From: an uncultured Pseudobdellovibrionaceae bacterium
GTDB lineage: Bacteria > Bdellovibrionota > Bdellovibrionia > Bdellovibrionales > UBA1609
Direction of reading: 5' to 3'
DNA: 64,000 nucleotides
Assembly: GCA_964360255.1 (NCBI GenBank)
Contig: CAYHVK010000004.1
Span: forward strand, 8,595 to 72,594
Part shown: positions 56,431 through 64,000 of the stretch, piece by piece
Layout: each line of letters begins with the position of its first letter
How positions within the stretch are numbered: the first letter of the stretch is position 1
Notes under the pieces: generated by a model
The model's input: only the letters and a program-made list of their open reading frames with translations
Told to the model about the DNA's origin: nothing
Database searches by the model: none
Position numbers and translations under genes: made by a program

Positions 56431-57705
56431 ATGCCATCACTTTGTCTTTCTAAGAAAATCGCTCAGCAAATAGCTAAGAGAACAGTTTATATATCTTTCG
56501 GCTGTCTTTGTTTCTCAGTCATCAGCTGCAGCCCGGCTTTTGACTCTCTAACACAAAACATCAATGAAAATTCTGAGGGTGTTTTGATTTACGAAGATGT
56601 GGCCTTAGACGGTCAAATTTTATCTAAAACTGTTCTTAAAGACCAACCTGAAGATATTGAGCGAATTAAAAAAGACAAAGCTACAAAAAGCGCAGTTCAA
56701 GTCATTCAAGGTCGTCGCACCGGTCAGCATATAGGTGTGGTCTTCGTCGGTGATGGCTACGCCCAAAAAGATTTTGCTCAATACGAAAAAGATGTGGCTC
56801 ACATATTTAAAAACTTGAGTTTGCAAGAGCCCTTTAAAAGCTACTTACCGTATTTTACTTTCTATCGCGTTGACCACATCAGTTCGCAAAGCGGAGTGAA
56901 TAAAATCCCGTCGGCAGGCTTAGGTATGTATTACGGCTGCGATGGTTTACCGCGCCTACTTTGTGTCAGCACAACACGTGTGATGCTTGAGGCTCGCAAT
57001 GCCCCCCGCTCAGATATAGTCTTTGCTATTGCCAATTCTAGCGAATACGGCGGCGCTGGTTATCGAAAGCCATCTATTTCAACACTGGCGGCCCGTCACC
57101 CAGCGGCACTAGAGCTGGCCCTCCACGAAGTGGGTCATTCATTTGCCCTATTAGGCGACGAATATGAAGATCAAGGTTCGTCAGAGAACTGCAATTCCTA
57201 TCCAAATATTAGTCCTCTCAACTTTGATGAAATGAAAAAGAAAAAACAGAAGTGGCATCTGTGGCAAGATTTAAAAGGTATCAGCTCTTATGCAGGAGCC
57301 TGCTATTCACAGAAATACTATCGCCCCACGCTCGATTCAAAAATGCGCACGCTGGGTAATACCTTCGGTGAAGTCAATTTAGAGCAGTTTATTCTACAAA
57401 TTTATAAGAAAGTGCGCCCTATTCAATTTGCTACACCAGAAGCAACCATCAAGCAGTCAGGCGCCATTGAAGTGCAACCTATGCAGCCGAGTTCGCATTC
57501 TTTAACTATCAGTTGGTACTTAGATGGAGCGCTTCAGCCACAGCTGAAAAATAGAACGAGAGTTGAAACAAAAGAAATTCAAATCACTAAAAGCACCCAC
57601 ACCCTTACTGCGATAGTGTTAGACAACACTCCACTTGTACGCGATGAAGTGGCTCGCGAAAAATACATGAAACAAAGTTTAAAATGGAAGTTGAAATTAC
57701 GCTAA
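56431..57705 (+). CDS. M64 (IgA-peptidase-like) zinc metallopeptidase lipoprotein
   Basis: Lipobox VIS/C, VVFVGDGY and HEVGHSF zinc motif. Confidence 0.72.
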   Translation: MPSLCLSKKIAQQIAKRTVYISFGCLCFSVISCSPAFDSLTQNINENSEGVLIYEDVALDGQILSKTVLKDQPEDIERIKKDKATKSAVQVIQGRRTGQHIGVVFVGDGYAQKDFAQYEKDVAHIFKNLSLQEPFKSYLPYFTFYRVDHISSQSGVNKIPSAGLGMYYGCDGLPRLLCVSTTRVMLEARNAPRSDIVFAIANSSEYGGAGYRKPSISTLAARHPAALELALHEVGHSFALLGDEYEDQGSSENCNSYPNISPLNFDEMKKKKQKWHLWQDLKGISSYAGACYSQKYYRPTLDSKMRTLGNTFGEVNLEQFILQIYKKVRPIQFATPEATIKQSGAIEVQPMQPSSHSLTISWYLDGALQPQLKNRTRVETKEIQITKSTHTLTAIVLDNTPLVRDEVAREKYMKQSLKWKLKLR

Positions 57706-57720
57706 GCCTCTTGAGGCTTA
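57703..57720. terminator. Hairpin between convergent genes
   Basis: TAAGCCTC-tt-GAGGCTTA, including the M64 stop codon. Confidence 0.4.
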
Positions 57721-57727
57721 GCTGTAA

Positions 57728-58729
57728 CTAAACGCTTTTAAAAGCCTCGACGAGGATTCCATCACGTAAGGCGAAATCTGTGGTCGCTATTTTTCTGAGT
57801 TTCATAGCGTACATCAGCTCTTCAAGCAGAATCGCGCCGGCCAAGATCAAATCGGCGCGCTTAGGCTCGAGACCTGGCAAAGCTAAAAGCTGGGCCTTTG
57901 TCATTGTGGTCATTTCTGAAACCAAAGCTGAAAGTTCGTAACGCTGAATCGAATTACCGCCGCGATCGATTTTCTTCAAAATTCGCGCTAAAGAGCGAAT
58001 GGTACCGCTAGAGCCTACAGAGTATTTGATCGCCGACCAATTGCGGCCCGTTGATAGACTCATCAGTCTTTCACGGATGTACTGGCGCATAGCCAGCTCA
58101 GGGTGCAGCACCCCTTTTTTCATGACCGGTGGAATGGTTTCAAAAAACATCTGCTGGAGACGATTAGCACCCAAATTAAAACTATGCTGCTCGAGAATCC
58201 GTTTGCCATTGCAAACGATGACCTCAGTGCTGCCACCACCGATATCAATTATCACCGCTGGATTTCTCGGTATCTCGACGTGATTTAAAATGCCTTGGGC
58301 AATAAGATAACCTTCTTCAGCCCCGCTGATCACCCGAATAGTAATGCCCGTTTTCTTTTTAACAGCCTCAACAAAATCTTTTGAATTCGTCGCCGTTCTT
58401 AGAGCGCTCGTACCGAACGCAAGAACGTGCTTCACTTTTAATTCATTGAGAATATGGCGAATACGATTGAACGCGTTCACTGAGCGCTGAATGCCCTCTT
58501 GCGGAATCAAACCGGTGCGAAAAACCCCGTCCCCGAGACGAACCATTTTCTTTTCGCGATGAGTACGGACTAGTTTTTTACCCTTGAATTCATAAACATC
58601 AAAACGAAGAGAATTGGTGCCCAGATCGATAATTCCAACCCGGCTGACGCGAGACTTCTTTTTTATTTTTTTCGCGGACTTGCTTTTACGCGGCGAATTT
58701 TTTTCAAGTGCGAGGGTTGTAAGCTGCAT
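57728..58729 (-). CDS. ppx: Ppx/GppA family exopolyphosphatase (short form)
   Basis: IDLGTNSLRF, DIGGGSTE and other actin-like phosphatase motifs. 333 aa. Confidence 0.88.
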   Translation of the reverse strand: MQLTTLALEKNSPRKSKSAKKIKKKSRVSRVGIIDLGTNSLRFDVYEFKGKKLVRTHREKKMVRLGDGVFRTGLIPQEGIQRSVNAFNRIRHILNELKVKHVLAFGTSALRTATNSKDFVEAVKKKTGITIRVISGAEEGYLIAQGILNHVEIPRNPAVIIDIGGGSTEVIVCNGKRILEQHSFNLGANRLQQMFFETIPPVMKKGVLHPELAMRQYIRERLMSLSTGRNWSAIKYSVGSSGTIRSLARILKKIDRGGNSIQRYELSALVSEMTTMTKAQLLALPGLEPKRADLILAGAILLEELMYAMKLRKIATTDFALRDGILVEAFKSV

Positions 58730-59199
58730 ACTAATTTCGCCGTTCCTTTTTCAATAAAGTTTTCGAATTCTATGAGAGCGAAACCGCCCTTCTTAAAATC
58801 AAAGACAGACTTTCTTCTTCCAGACAAGAAATATGTTAAAAAATGGCCCAATTCAGGCTCATGACCCACGAGAGCCACCGTTGAAACTCGTCCCATTCGG
58901 CAAAGCCAGCTTGAGAGTTCTTCGGCCCGACTATCAGGCTCAAGTTCAGACAGGTAAAGCAATCGAGATTTAGGCAAATAAGTCTTTAAGATTTTTGCGG
59001 TTTGCTGAGTGCGGCGAAAAGGCGATGACGCAATTAAACCAATATCGGGCCATAATTTTTGAATCACTCGAGCCACTTTTTTGAAATCTTTCTCGCCTTT
59101 TTTAGTCAACGGTCGAGAACTATCCGGCCTCCCCGTCTTTTTAAATTCTTCTCTTAATCCAGCTTCGGCATGTCTGACAAATAAGACTCTAAGGCTCAT
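58663..59199 (-). CDS. sixA: SixA-like histidine phosphatase
   Basis: LFVRHAEA (RHG-type motif) and LVGHEPELG. 178 aa. Confidence 0.68.
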   Translation of the reverse strand: MSLRVLFVRHAEAGLREEFKKTGRPDSSRPLTKKGEKDFKKVARVIQKLWPDIGLIASSPFRRTQQTAKILKTYLPKSRLLYLSELEPDSRAEELSSWLCRMGRVSTVALVGHEPELGHFLTYFLSGRRKSVFDFKKGGFALIEFENFIEKGTAKLVCSLQPSHLKKIRRVKASPRKK

Positions 59200-59210
59200 A
59201 CACTTCCTGA

Positions 59211-61340
59211 TTATGGGTTTTTAATAAAATACTCATGAAGGCCCACATCATCGGGCTTCTCGGGTTTACGCTGAACATACTCGCCACTCGGCTGAAGATC
59301 CCAAGCTAAAACCCGCTCATTAAGCTGGTATTCTAAGTTGCGGTAAAGTTCAGCTTTTAAATCAGAGTCTAAAATGGGCGTCACAACCTCAATACGGTTA
59401 TTTAAATTACGAAACATCCAATCTGCCGAGCCAATATAGAATTTTCCACCCAGAGGTTCTTTGGCTCCGCCTCTAAAATAAAAAATTCTGGCGTGCTCTA
59501 AAAAACGACCAATGATTGAAGTCACGCGAATGTTTTCACTTAAACCCGGTACTCCGGGTTTAAGTGTGCAAAACCCTCGCACGATCAAATCAATTTTAAC
59601 TCCGGCCTTAGAGGCTGCATAAAGAGCTTCGCAGATCTCTTGGTCTTCAAGACTGTTCATTTTCGCTATGATATGAGCTGGCTGCTTGTTCTTAGCGAAG
59701 TCGCGCTCTTTATTAATGTAATAAAGAAAGCGCTTACGCATATTCACAGGTGCCACAAGAAGTTTTTGATAAGTTTTCTTGAGCGACAGACCTGTTAGAA
59801 AGTTAAAGGCTTCAATCAGTTCGTTACCGATTTTTTTATCAGAAGTGAAAAGACTGTAATCAGTATAAAGCTTAGCTGTTGATGGGTTGTAGTTACCGGT
59901 GCCAATATGTGAATAGAAACGATAGGCCTCTTGCTCTTGGCGAATCACCAGAATAGTTTTACCGTGAATCTTTTTGCCCGTAATACCATAAATCACATGG
60001 ACGCCCGCTTTTTCGAGCATTTCACTCCAGTAAATATTACGAGCCTCATCAAAACGGGCTTGCAGCTCAACAACCGCCACAACCTGCTTGCCTTTTTCAG
60101 CAGCCCGCATCAGGAGTGGAATAATGGGATTGTTTTCACCACCGCGATAAAGAGTCATTTTAATCGCCAAAACATGAGGATCTTTAACGGCATCACGAAT
60201 AAACTTTTCTACGGAGTCATAGAAACTCTCATAAGGGTGATGCACCAAAATATCTTTGCCACGAATAATTGAAAAAATATCAACCGCATCGTCGGTTAAA
60301 GATTCAGGTTTAATAGGCACATGAGGCTTATAACGTAAGGCAGGGATATTTAAATTGGCGAGTTCGTTGAGAGACTCGTAGGCTATCTCTCCTGGCACCT
60401 CGTAAAGATCGTCGTCGCTGAGCTGCAGCTCGTCCTTCAAAAAATTGAGCATGCTCTTATCTTGGGTCCCTGCGTATTCTAGGCGGATAATAGGTGCAAT
60501 ACGGCGCAGACGAAGCTCTTCTTCAACCAGTTCCATGCGATCATCTTCTTCATCATCATCAATGACCGTTTCGATATCTGCACTTCGCGTCACGCGAAAA
60601 GGCATAACCTCTTCAATGACCATCTCTGGAAAAAGCTCTTCTAAGTTATTGCTGATCAAATCAAGAAGTCCGACCAATTTATAATCAGTACTTTTATCAT
60701 CTGCCAGCTGAACCCACTGAGGCAAAGAATTAGGCAGTTTCACCCGGGCAAAAAGATCTTCTTTCTTTTTCGGATAATGGAGGGTGATACCAAGCGAAAC
60801 CGATAAGTTCGATAAAAAAGGAAATGGATGAGAGCGGTCAACAGCCAGCGGAGTAAGAACCGGAAAGACTTTGTTTTTAAAATACTCAGTCGCCGATTTA
60901 CGCTCTGACTCGCTCATATCTTTCCAGGACAAGAAACGGATGCCGTTTTTTTTCAGTTCAGGCAAAAGCTGCTTATGATAAACATCATGACGAAGTTGTA
61001 AGTGCTGAACGATTGTTTGGCGAACTTCTTGTAAGAGGCGCCCCGGCTGAGTTTGATCGGCACCAACAATATGGACATTGCGAGCAATGGCACGTTTTAA
61101 ATAACCCACGCGCTTCATAAAAAACTCATCCATGTTATTTGAAAAAATAGCCAAAAAGCGAACTCGCTCAAGCAAAGGCACTCGCGAATCGGTGGCTTGT
61201 GCTAAAACGCGCTCATTAAATTTTAACCAACTCAAATCACGGTTGAAAAAACTAGGCGGCACATTGGCGGGAGTGCCTCCAGAGCTGGATGTGGCTGAAC
61301 TTGGTGGGCTTGACGACGACATAGGATTTGAGCCTAGCAT
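59211..61340 (-). CDS. ppk: Polyphosphate kinase 1
   Basis: FFNRDLSWLKFNERVLAQA and two PLD-like C-terminal domains. The tracked start at 61400 is TTG and overlaps the divergent MATE gene. ATGs at 61340 and 61322 are more plausible. Confidence 0.94.
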   Translation of the reverse strand: MLGSNPMSSSSPPSSATSSSGGTPANVPPSFFNRDLSWLKFNERVLAQATDSRVPLLERVRFLAIFSNNMDEFFMKRVGYLKRAIARNVHIVGADQTQPGRLLQEVRQTIVQHLQLRHDVYHKQLLPELKKNGIRFLSWKDMSESERKSATEYFKNKVFPVLTPLAVDRSHPFPFLSNLSVSLGITLHYPKKKEDLFARVKLPNSLPQWVQLADDKSTDYKLVGLLDLISNNLEELFPEMVIEEVMPFRVTRSADIETVIDDDEEDDRMELVEEELRLRRIAPIIRLEYAGTQDKSMLNFLKDELQLSDDDLYEVPGEIAYESLNELANLNIPALRYKPHVPIKPESLTDDAVDIFSIIRGKDILVHHPYESFYDSVEKFIRDAVKDPHVLAIKMTLYRGGENNPIIPLLMRAAEKGKQVVAVVELQARFDEARNIYWSEMLEKAGVHVIYGITGKKIHGKTILVIRQEQEAYRFYSHIGTGNYNPSTAKLYTDYSLFTSDKKIGNELIEAFNFLTGLSLKKTYQKLLVAPVNMRKRFLYYINKERDFAKNKQPAHIIAKMNSLEDQEICEALYAASKAGVKIDLIVRGFCTLKPGVPGLSENIRVTSIIGRFLEHARIFYFRGGAKEPLGGKFYIGSADWMFRNLNNRIEVVTPILDSDLKAELYRNLEYQLNERVLAWDLQPSGEYVQRKPEKPDDVGLHEYFIKNP

Positions 61341-61371
61341 TTTTCTGATGGGCAGTATATTAATGTATTGA

Positions 61372-62727
61372 ATGTCGACAAATTCCTCACCGAAATCCAA
61401 TAATTCTCTGAGTCAGCTTCAGCAAACCCTCAGAATCTCCTTGCCTATGATTTTAGGTCAGGTCGGCCAGGTCTTAATGGGCGTTACTGATAGCATTATG
61501 GTCGGACATATCGGTGCCGTCCCATTAGCCGCTTCGGCTTTCGTGAACAATATTATTAACATCCCCCTAGTATTTTTAATCGGCATCAGCACTTGTATTT
61601 CGGTGCGTGTCTCTCAACATTATGGTGCTGGGGACACTAAAAAAATTGCTGAAAGTTACTGGAACGGCTTACTGCTCTCGCTGATGTTCGCCGTAATAAT
61701 TGTGGTCGGTCTTTTACTGATACGCGACGATCTTTGGATTTTTAGACAGCCCGAAGAAGTGACCGCCATTTCAAAAGTTTTCTTTATAACCGTTACTTTT
61801 TCGCTCATCCCAAGCTTAATTTACCAATGCTCAAAAAATTTCTGCGATGGTTTTTCTCATACCGTTCCGGCCACAGTTGTTATGATTTTAGGTCTTGGAC
61901 TGAACATCGTCTTCAACTGGGTTTTAATTTACGGAAATTTAGGTGCACCAGCTCTCGGCCTTGATGGAGCCGGTTACGCCACTGTCAGCGCTCGCAGCAT
62001 TATGGCACTTCTTATGATGGGCTACGTCTTTTACGCTCCCATTTATAAAGTGTTTATGAACTCGATCAATTTTTCTGAGTGGAACCTCGTTGTTATGCGT
62101 GGCCTAGCTAAAATCGGTGTGCCCAGCGGCCTGCAGTTTCTTTTTGAAGTAGGAGCCTTCGCCGGCTCAGGTGTTATGATGGGCTGGATTTCTACTCAGG
62201 CCTTAGCCGCCCATCAGATCGCGCTGAATTTGGCTTCACTCACATTTATGGTGGCCCTTGGTATTTCGCTGGGAGCCAGCGTGCGCGTCGGTCAGGCTCA
62301 CGGTAAAAAAGATTGGGTCGCTGTGCGAACAATCGGTCTCTCGGCCCTTGCTTTTGTTTTAGCCATCGAAGGCTTTTTTGCTATAGGTTTCTTTCTTTCA
62401 AAAGACCATCTGCCGCTTTTGTATATCAAAGAAGCACCAGTGATTGCCTTAGCCTCACAGATGCTTTTAATAGCGGCGCTTTTTCAACTTGTTGATGGTT
62501 TGCAGTGCGTGGCGCTGGGTCTTTTACGTGGCATTTCAGATGTCCGCATTCCTACATCCATCACGTTTGCTTCGTATTGGATTATCGGTTTACCATTAGG
62601 ATATATTTTAGCATTTATCTTCGGGCTTGAGCATTTAGGAATTTGGATCGCTCTATTAGTAGCCCTTATGTTTTCAGCAGGGCTACTCACTTGGAGATTT
62701 CAGCGTTTAACAAAAAGAGCGCAGTAA
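61372..62727 (+). CDS. MATE family efflux transporter
   Basis: About 12 TM helices. N-terminal LRISLPMILGQVGQVLMGVTDSIMVGHIG is typical of the NorM/DinF family. Confidence 0.88.
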   Translation: MSTNSSPKSNNSLSQLQQTLRISLPMILGQVGQVLMGVTDSIMVGHIGAVPLAASAFVNNIINIPLVFLIGISTCISVRVSQHYGAGDTKKIAESYWNGLLLSLMFAVIIVVGLLLIRDDLWIFRQPEEVTAISKVFFITVTFSLIPSLIYQCSKNFCDGFSHTVPATVVMILGLGLNIVFNWVLIYGNLGAPALGLDGAGYATVSARSIMALLMMGYVFYAPIYKVFMNSINFSEWNLVVMRGLAKIGVPSGLQFLFEVGAFAGSGVMMGWISTQALAAHQIALNLASLTFMVALGISLGASVRVGQAHGKKDWVAVRTIGLSALAFVLAIEGFFAIGFFLSKDHLPLLYIKEAPVIALASQMLLIAALFQLVDGLQCVALGLLRGISDVRIPTSITFASYWIIGLPLGYILAFIFGLEHLGIWIALLVALMFSAGLLTWRFQRLTKRAQ

Positions 62728-62777
62728 GCGTGAGCTGTCTAAGCCTGCGCGTTTAATTTAAAGCTAAAAGCTCAAAA

Positions 62778-63419
62778 TTAAAGTTTGATAGCCGCGAGAC
62801 GATCGCGCGCTTCAACAATTTTCACACGTACCGTTTGCCAAACCGCCGTCACAATCCATGTTACTGGGCTGTTTGGACTCATTTTGCCAACGGCCACATC
62901 AATCATTGAAACTTTGCTGTCAATTTTAGCAATCAAAGCGGCGTGAACTTTTTTAATTTCTGCATCGAGTTTATCTAAGTACGCCAGCATTTCGTCTGCA
63001 CGTTTTTTAAGCTCCGCATAGTTCGGAAGTGTCGGATCAAGTTTCGCTACGACATCGTTGATTTTAGTACGAAGCTCAGCTTTTTTAGCCGCCACTTTCT
63101 CAACAACGTCGATCACCTTATTTAATACTTCAGCGATCTTATCAGCTAAGCTTTGCGCTTTAGCTTCAGCGCCTGTACTGCCAGAAATTCCTGAAATGCT
63201 AATAAGTGAAAGGGCATTGATTTCTTTTGTCGCGTCGGCGAGCTTGAGCTCCATATCATCTAATTGCGGATCTAAACTATCTAGCTGAATCGTATCTAAA
63301 GAAGCTTGAGTTGACTCACCTTGAGACGGAGCGTTTTTTGATTCAACCCCGTTACAAGCTGTTAAGCCCATTGATGCTATTAATATTAAGACAGAAATAT
63401 AAAGATTCGTTGTTTTCAT
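62778..63419 (-). CDS. Coiled-coil lipoprotein, unknown function
   Basis: Lipobox LTA/C, and a helical Ala/Lys/Asp-rich sequence. Confidence 0.6.
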   Translation of the reverse strand: MKTTNLYISVLILIASMGLTACNGVESKNAPSQGESTQASLDTIQLDSLDPQLDDMELKLADATKEINALSLISISGISGSTGAEAKAQSLADKIAEVLNKVIDVVEKVAAKKAELRTKINDVVAKLDPTLPNYAELKKRADEMLAYLDKLDAEIKKVHAALIAKIDSKVSMIDVAVGKMSPNSPVTWIVTAVWQTVRVKIVEARDRLAAIKL

Positions 63420-63616
63420 TGTTGCTCCCCCACCAGGACGCTAAATGTTACAATTTTTTTCTAGCAGATATTAGAGCTGCAGTTGGTGTGCCAGGGGTAC
63501 GCGCTTTAAAGCAGAGAAAACTTTTATGAAGTGTACAGACTTTTGTAAGTGCTTTCGCAATGGACAATATATTGAATCTAATGCGCCGCTTCATTCCTGG
63601 ACTATGGGCTGTGACT

Positions 63617-63648
63617 AAAAAAAAGAGGAGCAAAAGCTCCTCTTTTTT
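63617..63648 (-). terminator. Rho-independent (bidirectional) terminator after the M28 gene
   Basis: A-run, then GAGGAGC-aaaa-GCTCCTC, then a T-run. There is a U-tract on both strands. Confidence 0.75.
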
Positions 63649-63672
63649 CGTTCTGTTTTGAAACTGTTTTCG

Positions 63673-64000
63673 TTATTCGCGAAGAGTCGAGTTTCCTAAT
63701 TGCATCGCAAGCGCTACTGCAATCTTACTGAATGCTGCTGCGTGCTTGAAATTTGACTGGGAATTGATCACATCTTGGGCAGTATGAATATTACGATTCA
63801 TTGTGCTCATCGAAGACTCAAACGGCATAAGCGCCGGATAGCCTTGGCGGCTCCATGATGCGTGATCACTACAGCCGTAACCGCATTTGTCGTCGATAAT
63901 GTTCGCACCAATGTAGAGACGATTCACTTCAAGAAGAAGTCCACGGAGCCATGCGCTTGTGAAATCGCTCATTGAAGCAATTGTCAGTTCGCCATCGCCT
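63673..64000 (-). CDS. M28 family aminopeptidase, C-terminal part (5' end outside window)
   Basis: GYGCSDHASWSRQGYPALMPFES and NRNIHTAQD are typical of Vibrio/Aeromonas-type M28 aminopeptidases. The frame stays open to the window edge. Confidence 0.75.
   Translation of the reverse strand, partial: GDGELTIASMSDFTSAWLRGLLLEVNRLYIGANIIDDKCGYGCSDHASWSRQGYPALMPFESSMSTMNRNIHTAQDVINSQSNFKHAAAFSKIAVALAMQLGNSTLRE

Noticed and set aside
61341-61400. TTG-initiated N-terminal extension of ppk overlapping the divergent MATE start
   Set aside because: It is a TTG without an RBS, and it overlaps the MATE ATG (61372) head to head. ATGs at 61340 and 61322 give a normal PPK1 N-terminus. The very short divergent spacer, 31-49 nt, remains a little odd.

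Overview
This is a chromosomal window from a Gram-negative bacterium. The gene families suggest a Bdellovibrio-like predator or a related lineage: a TIGR02147-type regulator, a DUF1552/DUF1592 pair, many secreted peptidases, small beta-barrel OMPs, and a T2SS with a PilM-type GspL. That lineage call is inference only; no search was run.

Layout:
- 1-6245: distal part of a type II secretion operon. It holds GspI/J/K-like pseudopilins plus L/M/N-like assembly proteins, nearly all translationally coupled.
- 6372-8166: ssb, a lipoprotein and an OMP.
- 8216-33767: mostly minus-strand housekeeping genes (desaturase, rel, rpoZ, gmk, yicC, miaA, mutL, GT2 polyprenol-P sugar synthase, dut, M16 peptidase, pnp, rpsO, truB, rbfA, infB, nusA, rimP, rimI-like), interspersed with envelope proteins.
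- 34000-39558: a segment bracketed by tRNA-Leu(CAA) and tRNA-Gly(GCC). It carries secreted enzymes and an orphan pilin-like gene.
- 40351-53208: a 13-kb run of 12 minus-strand genes, the least understood part of the window. It contains a Lol-like thioesterase/LolA-like/beta-barrel/ABC operon, a CxxCH DUF1592-like plus Tat DUF1552-like pair, and a TIGR02147-like regulator. That regulator sits behind a perfect 14-3-14 palindrome whose half-site recurs upstream of the DUF1592 operon. The run also holds secreted unknowns and an Ig-repeat protein flanked by two CxxCH motifs.
- 53507-64000: ahpCF, a PilZ protein, an M64 peptidase, ppk1-sixA-ppx, a MATE pump, a lipoprotein and a truncated M28 peptidase.

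No rRNA, CRISPR array, transposase or integrase was recognised. All product calls rest on motif and gene-order recognition by eye; nothing was searched or computed.
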